Source: Macrostomum lignano
Lineage: Eukaryota
DNA length: 62,851 bases
NCBI GenBank assembly: GCA_002269645.1
Contig: NIVC01000560.1
Location: forward strand, 1-62,851
Reading direction: 5' to 3'
The position numbers and the translations under genes are program-made. Below the pieces are notes generated by a model, which searched no databases, was not told where the DNA came from, and was given only the letters and a program-made list of their open reading frames with translations. Each line of letters starts with the position of its first letter. Position 1 is the stretch's first letter. This document shows positions 11,182-62,851 of the stretch, one piece after another.

Positions 11182-14100
11182 TCACGGCTTGGGTCCCGCA
11201 TAGTCGGTGGCGGGCAGCAATCGGTGCCAACGGCAGATTTGGGTGCCGCCAAAGTCCAGCATGTCCTGCCAGTGAGCCCGTTCCTCCTCGCCGCTGCTTT
11301 TGCGACCTGGTAACAAATATGTTACGAGAATAATATGAAAAGCATAAAAATTTTAATAAATAAAATGACCTACACATAATAAAGTGCCTTTTAAGCTACT
11401 TGAAACACTACTTCCCAAAAAACTATTTTTAGATACATATCGGTAGCTTCAAATGCGCAGAATCGGTACATATCGGTAGCTTTTAATTTACAGAATCGAT
11501 ACATATCGGTAGCTTTAAATTTACAGAAGCAATACATATCGGTGGCTTTTAATCTACAAAATTGATACATATCCGTAACTTCAAAGTCATATAATGATAC
11601 ATATCTCTGCCTATAAATTAACATAATCGATACATATCGGTAGCTTCAGATTTGCATAATCGATACATATCGGTAGCTTCAGATTTGCATAATCGATACA
11701 TATCGGTAGCTTCAGATTTGCATAATCGATACAGCTCGGTAGTTTAAAATTTCACAATTTAATACTAATCATTAGCTCCAAATAAAAAATCGATACATAT
11801 CGGCAGCTAATAAAACATATGGCAAAAGAAAGAGCCTCACCCAGAGCAACCCAGCCGAGCATTTCCTGTCGGTTCAAAATCGGCTTCCTAACAAAGACGC
11901 ATACAAAGACTGACGCGTCAACCAGTTGGAATTTGTTCAGTGGAAACACAAAATTCTCCTTCCACATTGGATGCGGCGTTCCACTGGCGCAGCTGGTCTT
12001 GCAGCGGAACAGAGCCTGGCCAGTTGATGCGAACTCCAGGCACAGCTTCACCAGGGTGTCTGCAAGGATTCCCACGTGGTTTTTGTGCTTGGAGCAGTGA
12101 GAGCAGCCAATCACAACACAGGATATAAGTTGCAGCAGCCAATCAGAAAACAGGAGATAAGATACAGCAGCCAATCAGAGCACAGGAGATAAGATACAGC
12201 AGCCAATCAGAGCACAGGAGATAAGATACAGCAGCCAATCAGAGCACAGGAGATAAGATACAGCAGCCAATCAGAGCACAGGAGATAAGATACAGCAGCC
12301 AATCGCAGCACAGGAGATAAGCTACAGCAGCCAATCAGAAAACAGGAGATAAGATACAGCAGCCAATCAGAGCACAGCACTACAGATAAGGCATTTCAGG
12401 CAAGCACATCACCTCAAACACATCTTACCTGGTGGCTTGCCTGTGCTGCTCTGCCGCCTTAATCCGCTGCCCTTGAGCACCTCGATTCCCAATTGACCAG
12501 TCAATTGATTGTACGTCAATCCAATAAAAAGTTCTGATTGTCCTATTAGACTGCTTAGCGATTGAGCAGCAGCCGTTGCAGCGGCAGCATTAGTGGCACC
12601 CGACACAATCTTGCCAGCCTCAGAGGCATCGGCGATGCTCCCAGCGCCCAAGTCGCCATCGTTATCACCACCCTGGCCTGCGATACTCGAAGTCTCCGAG
12701 AAGCCCGTATCCGAGTCCTGCAATAAAATAGCGCTCCTTATCACTTTCAAGCACAATAGTGGAAAAATAATGACAAAATGTTTATATTTCTACTTAGAGT
12801 AGATAAACCGCGCATTGTTATATTTTATTAGATTACGCTTGGCTCATCATACCCAAGCGGACTGATCGGCGGATGGGATCAAAGGCAGTCGAATAATTCC
12901 TGAATTTCGCCCAGATGCTGCCCAAGATCGCGATGGCGCGTTTGTGTGACAAGCGGCTGCACTCTTGAGCTCGGCTGCGGCTAAGCAACTCGATGCTAGC
13001 AGGCACCGCCTGGACTCAACGTACGGGCAGGCGTACAGCCGGAGTCGGAGAGTGAGCAGCGGCAGGTCGGCTGTGGTAAATTAAAATATAAAATATTCAT
13101 TTCTAACTGTGTTTGACTTGATTGTGCATCCACTACGGGAAGCAGGACAGGTGCAGTGAGATGAAGGATCTGGATGAGCAGGACAGGTGCAGTGAGATGA
13201 AGGATCTGGATGAGCAGGACAGGTGCAGTGAGATGAAGGATCTGGATGAGCAGGAAAGGTGCAGTGAGATGAAGGATCTGGATGAGCAGGACAGGTGCAG
13301 TGAGATGAAGGATCTGGAGCAGGACAGGTGCAGTGAGATGAAGGATCTGGAGCAAGGACAGGTGCAGTGAGATGAAGGATCTGGAGCAAGGACAGGTGCA
13401 GTGAGATGAAGGATCTGGAGCAAGGACAGGTGCAGTGAGATGAAGGATCTGGATGAGCAGGACAGGTGCAGTGAGATGAAGGATCTGGAGCAAGGACAGG
13501 TGCAGTGAGATGAAGGATCTGGATGAGCAGGACAGGTGCAGTGAGATGAAGAACTGGAGCAAGGACAGGTGCAGGACAAGCCAGCCTCACCGCACTGCAC
13601 AGCCTCGAAGCTGAGGGCATCGCCGAACACGGACACGCCGCCAGCGCTCGCCCCGATGCCAGCTGTGCTAGTGCGCAGCCGCCTGACTTCGCCAGCATCC
13701 GTAGACAGCAGCGCCATCACCTGGGCGGACACGGGACCGCCAACCTCAATCGATTCCCCAACAGGTATAGTTTGAATGCCAGCTGCCCTGGCAACTAAAA
13801 TCTGTAGGCAGCCTTGGCCAGCGAATGTTTGACAGTGGTGGTTGATGGACACTTCTAGCCAAGCTGTAGATGCTTGAGTGGGCGCCGGCAGAGGTTGCGC
13901 CTGGGGAGGGTCGAGAGCAGCAGGCTCTGAGTTATTATTAAAAATATTTACTATTCATTGTTCTTCAGCTACTCTTATTAGTAATCTCACATAGCCATGA
14001 GCAATGCTTAAAATTAATCTACAGATGGCCTATTAGCTGTTCGACCCACTAGTTCTTGACTCACACTGACACCTTGACCAACTAGCTATTTGACACATTG

Positions 14101-17100
14101 CTACTCGACTCACTAGCGCTTTGACCTGATAACACCTTGGCCAATTAACATCTTGATCCATTAATATCCTGACCCATTAACATCCTGATCAATTAACAAC
14201 TTGACCCATAAACGCATTGACCAATTAATATTTTTACCTATTAACATCCTGCCCAATAACACTATGACCCATTAGCACATTGACCCATAAACGCCTTAAC
14301 CCAAATAAAACATTGGCGCATTAACGACTTGACCGATTAACACATTAAACCATAAAAACTGATCTATCAACACCGACCAATGACACCATGACTCAATGAC
14401 ACCATGACTCAATGACATTATGACCAAATGACACCATGACCCAATGACACCATGACCAATGACACCATGACCAATGACACCATGACCAATGACACCACGA
14501 ACCAATGACACCATGACCAATGACACCACGAACCAATGACACCATGAACCAATGACACCATGAATCATTAACACCATGACCAGCTAACACCTTGACCCAT
14601 TACCATCCTGACCCAATAACATATTGACCCATTAATATCCTGACTAACTAACGCCTTGACCCATTAACACCTTGACCCACAAGTTCTACCGAATAACTAA
14701 TTTAGATGTAAGCTAACTTTCAATCCTACACGTACATCGAACGCTTTTACATTCGAATAGCTCCGTTCTTCACTATCCAAGTGATGAGGCTCCGGCTGCT
14801 GGGATTGATTGGATGCAGAGACAGCAACACGGTCAGCCATGATCAAATTTTCAGACTCCTGTCGATTCTCTACTGACGAATTGTTCCTCTGTTGATGTTG
14901 CCTCTGAAGCCGATTCTCCTGATGTTGATGATGAATCTGATTTTGCTCAGAATCTCCTATTGAGTCACTATCGTCTTGATCGCCATCGTCTGAAAATTTA
15001 TTTACTAAACCGGTGTTATGACAAAATAAAACTTACCATATTTTCTCATCTATAAGCGTCTTTTTGCTTATCAAATTGCTCTCCTTTGATGTGCCGCTAC
15101 TAGCCCCTCTTCCAGGTCCTTTGATGTGCCGCCACTACCCCTCCTACAAGTCCTTTGATGTGCCGCCACTACCCTCCTAAAAGTCCTTTGATGTGCTGCC
15201 ACTACCCCTCCTACAAGTCCTTGATGCGCCGCCGCTATCCCTCTTCCAGGTCCTTTGATGTGCCGCCACTACCTGTCCTACAAGTTCTTTGATGTGCCGC
15301 CGCTACCCCTCTTCCAGGTCCTTTGATGTGCTGCCACTACCCATCCTACAAGTTATTTGATGTGCCGCCACTACCTGTCCTACAAGTTCTTTGATGTGCC
15401 GCCGCTACCCCTCCTACAAGTCCTTTGATGTGCCGCCACTACCCCTCCTAAAAGTCCTTTGATGTGCCGCCACTACCCCTCCTACAAGTCCTTGATGCGC
15501 CGCCGCTATCCCTCTTCCAGGTCCTTTGATGTGCCGCCACTACCTGTCCTACAAGTTCTTTGATGTGCCGCCGCTACCCCTCTTCCAGGTCCTTTGATGT
15601 GCTGCCACTACCCCTCCTACAAGTCATTTGATGTGCCGCCACTACCTGTCCTACAAGTTCTTTGATGTGCCGCCACTACCCCTCCTACAAGTCCTTTGAT
15701 GTGCCGCCGCTACCCTTCCTACAAGTCCTTTGATGTGCCGCCACTACCCCTCCTTCCAGGCCCTATGAACCTACCATTCAATCTGAGCAGTCGCACAGAC
15801 TCTCCGCCGCATCCGACACCGACTATGCGAGAAGCTGCTGAAGGAGCAGCCGACGAGCTGACGGCAACATCAAAGGCTCTGCCTCTGACCGCCACAGAAG
15901 CGGTTGCCGCCGGTTTTGTCTCAAGGCAGCGCAAACCCGGGCTGTGAGCAAAGCACAGCAGACGGTACAGGTAGAGCCCGAACACGATCAGAGCAAGCAC
16001 CAGGCCGAGGACTACGCCCAGGTAGACCAGGGCCTCCTGGGGCACTGACCGAGTTTGAGGAAAAGTTTGCTTAAGAATTAATCCGTTATTACTATGGATA
16101 TTTGCTTGAAAGTGTTTTTTATTCTGTTAATAGAGTAGAAACATAAATTCAAAAGTATAAATTCTAAAACTCATTCTTAATCCCCATAGTGGGGATGTGC
16201 TTTCCCCACAGTTAGGAATGGGATATTTAGAATCCCCACAGTTGGGAATGGGATCTTTAGAATACGAGTACCCCCAGTTGGAAACGGGATCTTTAGAATA
16301 CGAGTACCCACAATTGGGAATGGGATATTTAGAATCCCCACAGTTGGGAATGGGATATTTAGAATCCCCACAGTTGGGAATGGGATATTTAGAATCCCCA
16401 TAGTTGGGAATGGGATATTTAGAATCCCCACAGTTGGGAATGGGATGTTTAGAATCCCCATAGTTGGGAATGGGATATTTAGAATCCCCATAGTTGGGAA
16501 TGGGATCTTTAGAATACCCAAATGTGATAATGGGATCTTTAGAGTACCAATAGGTGATAAGGGATCTTCATAATCCCCATAGGTGGTAATGAAAATGTTT
16601 AAATGTAAACCATCCCCAATCTACCAAGAATACCCCCACCGAGTCTATAAGATTTCTATTTTCTATCATACCATTTACAACAGTTTAAAAAACGGTTAAC
16701 TAAATGTATAGTGACAGCTTAAAAAGCACCAAAATCTATGCAGCAAAGTGTATTATAAAGATTTCATTTCCACTTTCTGATTATTATCTTCAACTAATTT
16801 GATTCAGTTGACACAAACACATTTTAAGGTGAACACGACAAGTGTAACTGCCTATTTGAAACAATTGGGGATACTGTAATATAGTGATTTGGTTAAACAA
16901 AAGGAGAAAAGCTTAAAACTTGAAAACAACATAAAAAATACATAAAACTCTTACTACAAATACTAGCCAATAAAAAGCTAGTGTAGTGAAGACAACAAAA
17001 AACTTAATGAAAATTATGAAAAAGACAAATAAACAATTCTTCTTACAAAGCTTCAAAAGAAATGCAGTAGAAAAAAATGAGTACTTCAAAGCTTAGCATT

Positions 17101-19348
17101 GAAACAAAGTGGCTTAAAACCAATATTTAATTGATTAATTTAATCAATACTTGCATAGTCATTTATTTTCATTTTTGTTTTGCAAATGTTGCCTTATAAT
17201 AGTGACACATTGTTGATTCTATAAAATAGTTGCAGGTCTATTAGTCTCAAATATTATTATAAATGCATGACATTGTATGACAAAAAATGACCAGTACAAT
17301 AACTATTTAAACAATATTATAACTTATAAAAAGTACTATAATCTGTTATAAAAATGGTATTAAATATTTATTTTGAACTACTTTGATAATAGTTTTAGAT
17401 TTACTTAGACAGTAAAGTGAAAAAATTGGAAGCATCAAATTTATATATGAATGATAAGAAACAAAAATGTGCAATGTCCTAATTTATAACAAAGAAAGTG
17501 AAGCAGAGACTCAAAACTGATAGACAACACTGAAAATAGTTTAAATCAATTACCAACAAAGCGGATAAACTTCCTAAGTGACTGCGTTGAGTTAGAGCTA
17601 ATAAAATGGATTAAAATTAAGTTGCAATGTTATTGTTTTTTACTCATTACCATCTGGTTTAAAAACAACAATAACCCATCTCCTGAAACATCTAACTAAA
17701 TGTGTTGTTATTATAAATAGAATATATATATATAATATTCAGACAATACGAAACTGAAATATGAAGTCCAATTCTTATATAAATGACACAAAGCATAGGA
17801 TCAAACAATTTCAAATTTATAATTATAAGTAAATAAGTATGCATAATGCATACTTATTATTACTATACTATAACAATGATGAACAACTTACCATAGCTGA
17901 TTAGAGCAAGGATCCACCATTTGTCAGATAGTTTGTCTGAAAAAACATTTAAAAAACATGACATTAAATACCAACTTTTCAATGGTCTTAAATTACTAAT
18001 GACTATACTACTATTAATGTATATTTTTTAATTAAATAAATAAATTTGTATAAAGTTTACCTATTTATAGAAAGTTAAAAATTATTAAATGTTTACAAAG
18101 TATAACATACGAGCTATATGAGGGCTGTCTCAAAACAACAAAAGTAGTGTTACTTTTCATTATATCTCTCATTCTGCTGATCCAAATAACATCATTTTGC
18201 ACAGATTTATAGCAGCAACTCTCTTTTTTATATTGACTTTAACATCATTAAAAACAGACAATGGAAACAAAAGTTATGAACAAAAATGTAGCAGACACTC
18301 AACCATAGACTAACAGTAATTCAACAAGCTAGTGGAAAGTGGCAAAACTACATTGGATTGAATGCATTCAGACTTCTTTGTTAGGCTGCCGTGACAAAGA
18401 GATATCTTTTGAAAAACTTAGAGAAGCATATAGCTTTTAAAGCAACAGAATATTTCAAACTGGGCTTTAGCTTTTTTGCTTTTGTTCCCTTCTTTTGCTG
18501 CGCTAAAAGTCCTGGAAATTTATTTGAGTGTTGCTCAGAAGAGTGTGATATACACCCTTTAGGGATGGGGCACAGTTGAGCCAAGATTCATGCTCAATTT
18601 TCATTGGCTCATGGGTCTATCACAATCATTTACTGTAGTCATTTTGTAGCATTCACTGCAGCCAGTTACCCATTTGTGAGCTACCACTTTGAAATTTTGT
18701 TAACTTGTTGACTTACTGCAAGTCTAGGTGACTTTTTGCTACATATGTAGTTGTAACTTGATAAAACAGAGAGAACCAAATGATTCTAGTAGCAAATTGT
18801 AGCAGGGAAAAGCTGCTTTTTAGTGACACCTAATTTTTAATGATTGATTGCATTATTTATAAGCAGCATGCAAAAGTATAAGTACTTATTGAACACCCCT
18901 GGTAAATACTTTTATACAGAGTTATAACTGAATAAATATAATATAGCTTGGCAGGAGCTGGTATATTATGCTTTTAATATTGACTGCTAAGACATTATGC
19001 ATAAGCTAGCTATTACTGTTGATATATCATTAATAGCCATTTATACTAATCTGATAGCTGAATTTAGAATGTCAGAGATTGTTTGCTTGATGGGTCCAAA
19101 AACTTCTGACAGACCAAAAATAGCAAGTAAATGTAAAAATATAACTAGGAACAAATTATGGCTTGGTTACTTTATTATAAAAAGCCAAAGTCCAAAATTC
19201 AAAGCAATGTATGGAAAGCTAGCCATGAGCCTACCTGTCAAAGGTTCCTAAGGGCTTAGTCATTTTGTTATCTGCCATTTCATCATTTGGGATGTTTGGG
19301 ATGCTCACCTTGTCCTTGACTAAGGTCATTCGTCATCTTAATTAGCAT
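11182..19348 (-). CDS. SYT14: Synaptotagmin-14/16-like protein (N-terminal TM, tandem C2 domains); exons 19348/19336-19309, 17936-17892, 16044-15775, 14989-14736, ~13900-13591, 13070-12853, 12717-12429, 12059-11841, 11306-11182
   Basis: TM segment VPQEALVYLGVVLGLVLALIVFGLYLYRLLCF. C2B segments ELFIGLTYNQLTGQLGIEVLKGS, DTLVKLCL...CKTS...PMWKENFVF...QEMLGWVALG and SSGEEERAHWQDM...ICRWHRL match my recollection of SYT14 (EILIGLLYN..GRLSAEVIKGS, SSGEEELNHW, VCRWHALL). Exon phases are consistent. The two 5'-most exons and the 13900 acceptor are less certain. Confidence 0.85.
11420..11815. repeat. 33-bp minisatellite in the last SYT14-like intron
   Basis: Unit ACATATCGGTAGCTTCAGATTTGCATAATCGAT; identical copies at 11641, 11674 and 11707, with more diverged copies flanking them. 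Confidence 0.9.
12100..12380. repeat. 32-bp minisatellite (CAGCAGCCAATCAGAGCACAGGAGATAAGATA), about 8 copies
   Basis: Direct tandem copies inside intron 12060-12428. Confidence 0.95.
13135..13575. repeat. 33-36-bp minisatellite (GCAGGACAGGTGCAGTGAGATGAAGGATCTGGATGA), about 12 copies
   Basis: Fills intron 13071-13590 between the two C2A exons. Confidence 0.95.
14080..14685. repeat. Composite repeat: degenerate ACACCTTGACCCATTA units enclosing a 15-bp CCAATGACACCATGA array (~14380-14580)
   Basis: Visible tandem units with a nested, more homogeneous core. Confidence 0.8.
15085..15760. repeat. 34-bp minisatellite (GTCCTTTGATGTGCCGCCACTACCCCTCCTACAA), about 20 copies
   Basis: Fills intron 14990-15774. 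Confidence 0.95.
16180..16590. repeat. 30-bp minisatellite (TTAGAATCCCCACAGTTGGGAATGGGATAT), about 13 copies
   Basis: Direct tandem copies; 10-aa periodicity in ORF 16177..16521. Confidence 0.95.
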
Positions 19349-21469
19349 GCACTACCTGAAAAGAGCCATTTTGTCATCCACTAATCATATTAGTTCCAAC
19401 TTCCAATTGAATTAATATATGGCAATTAAACATATTTACTTAGAATCCTAATGATCCCAATTATTTTGTCATCTTGATAATAAAACCTTTTGATTGATTG
19501 GTTCTACTGACTATAGCTTATAGTTAATAAAAAAAAATAGTTTATACTAACTTGAATCTTGTATCTCATAGATTGATTAGTTGATAATAAAATATCTAGC
19601 ATAACTAGCAAATATTTTGTCATTTCATCACATTACTTTTCAAAGCTAGGCCTACTTTGTTTTTGGTTACTCTATTATCTAATAGGCCTATGATAAAATG
19701 AAATATGACAATCTGATCTGACTGATAACCCTGACTACACATATAGCTAGTATTCAAGGATAAAAAGGCATTATTTTATTAAATGGCTTCTATTCTATAT
19801 AGTGCCATTGTCACTGTCAAATATTAACAAAGTGCTACAAAAGGCCTAGTTGCATGAGGCTATTAAGACCTAGTGGCATAGCAAGCTAACTTGCAATATC
19901 TTGCTTTAGCATAAAAATGCTAAGATTTACATGAATAGCTACTATGTATATAATGTTCTACTTGCATACACAGTGGCCATTCATGCAATTCCAATATATT
20001 ATATATATGGCTACTATCTATAGGCCTATAAGCTCTTTATATATTGTCATTACTATTGGTAGGCCTATAAAATTTGAATTCATTTTTATAGCATTGTTTT
20101 GCATGAGCATGATCTGCTATTATTTTAGATAGGCCTACCTAATTATAATAATACAGTCTTTGCCTAGATTTTTATTAAAGAAGTCTTAAATCAAATCTAT
20201 CTTTATTAATATTAGGCCTATAGCCGTATAGGCCCTAGATTATAGGTTACATACCAAGATGGCCACACTCTATAGTTTAAATGTCTAAATAGATAGACCT
20301 AAATAATGTTTATATATTTCTTTATTACTAATTGCAGTGATAATTAGTCTTAGGAATAGTTATAGATCTTCAAGTCTCTAAGAGATAATATAATATATTT
20401 ATATATATAATATTTAATATATAATAAATTTATTATATATATAAATAAAACTAGACTAGGGAGGCTAAACAAAAACTAGGCCTAAAGTCAAAAAAGATTT
20501 CAGTTGTATTATAGATAATTAGTTTCAAATCTAATAGCCCCCCCCCCCTATTATTGGATTAGTATCTTTGACTATGAATATGATTAATTAAACATAATAA
20601 TTATTATAACATTGGTTATCAAGTTGCAAAACAATGTCGATGGTAGAAAGAGAAAGTTAGACATAGGCCCTAGCTCATAATAAAGATTTAATGTTGTGGC
20701 TATCATGGTATGTGGCCATCTTGGTCTTATACCCATTGGTCTATAGGCCTAACCTAAGCCTATCTATATAGCTATAGCTGCAAATATGTATTGTAATATA
20801 TATTTAGTTAGACTTTAACTTAATAACTAGTACTGCTAGACAACTCATTAGAGTCATTAAACAAGTTAATCAGTCAATCAATCCTTTTAAATTTAACTAG
20901 GCCTAGTTAAAAATCTTTGACTTTTAGCTATGGCCTAAGGCTAAGCAATCTTAGAGTCCAACTAAACACGATCGACTTTAATCGTAAAAAAGTATTTTAT
21001 TCTAGCTGTTTCATTACTGATTCAATTTATTACTGAAAGTTGATAGTAACATAGACAATGTTTATGGACACATCATTTTGTTGTTAAAGATTTCTCACGT
21101 AGTAGTCAAGGACGTAGAAGTCGTCCTTGGTAGTAGTATTATTGAACGATCACTAAACCTCTCTTTAAACGTTGTTGATGTTTTCTGGAAAACCTCTGTT
21201 AAAAACAGTTATTAATAAGTTTAATATCTTATCCCGAAGTGTAAAATAGCCTTATTTACTAAAAAAAATTTGCGTACCCCGTCATCTTCTTTCCAATATA
21301 TATTAGTTTGTTTTACTGTGCTACTTTGAGTCGTATGAAGATTTTAAGTTTGATCGCTCGATTAAGTTAATTCAGAACCCCTTCACGTGGTAAATCTTTC
21401 GTTACTATTGCAAGACTACTATGAGTTAAACAGACAAACACTGGAATAATATTTTATCTAACTTGAGTG
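19349..21469. promoter_or_regulatory. Head-to-head interval between the SYT14-like and kinesin start codons (presumed bidirectional promoter plus SYT 5'UTR/intron)
   Basis: Divergent ATGs at 19348/19336 (-) and 21470 (+). The region is AT-rich, with a minus-strand donor-like GTGAGA near 21100. Transcription starts cannot be fixed from sequence. Confidence 0.5.

Positions 21470-62851
<41,382 letters not shown>

Noticed and set aside
16600-19300. Possible degraded transposase in the AT-rich SYT14 introns
   Set aside because: No DDE or RT motifs or terminal repeats could be identified by eye.

Overview
Eukaryotic (metazoan, invertebrate-like) genomic DNA with GT-AG introns. The minisatellite-packed style recalls the flatworm Macrostomum, but that is an unverified impression. 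Four genes can be built by hand from splice sites and family motifs. (1) A 5'-truncated, intronless Pim-family kinase (+, <3-983) whose C-lobe lies in a shifted frame between two mutually compensating indels. (2) A 3-exon LACTB serine beta-lactamase-like gene (-, 8080-10180). (3) A 9-exon synaptotagmin-14/16-like gene (-, 11182-19348). (4) Head-to-head with it, a kinesin-3 of the KIF16/STARD9 type (+, 21470->62851): at least 25 phase-consistent exons with motor and FHA domains, then a very long tail. The last exon starts at 56041, crosses a single +1 frame break (TCC-AAA-A-TAT, 58371-58380) and stays open to the window edge. That part is missing from the supplied ORF track and encodes a 313-aa (939-bp) helical tandem repeat I do not recognise: one old diverged copy plus at least 2.2 near-identical copies. 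The joined product would be >=3,650 aa. Many of the larger introns are largely filled by a private minisatellite, and most long ORFs in the track are artefacts of these arrays. There are also several non-autonomous TIR elements and a tRNA-derived SINE. No CRISPR, rRNA or bona fide tRNA gene was found.
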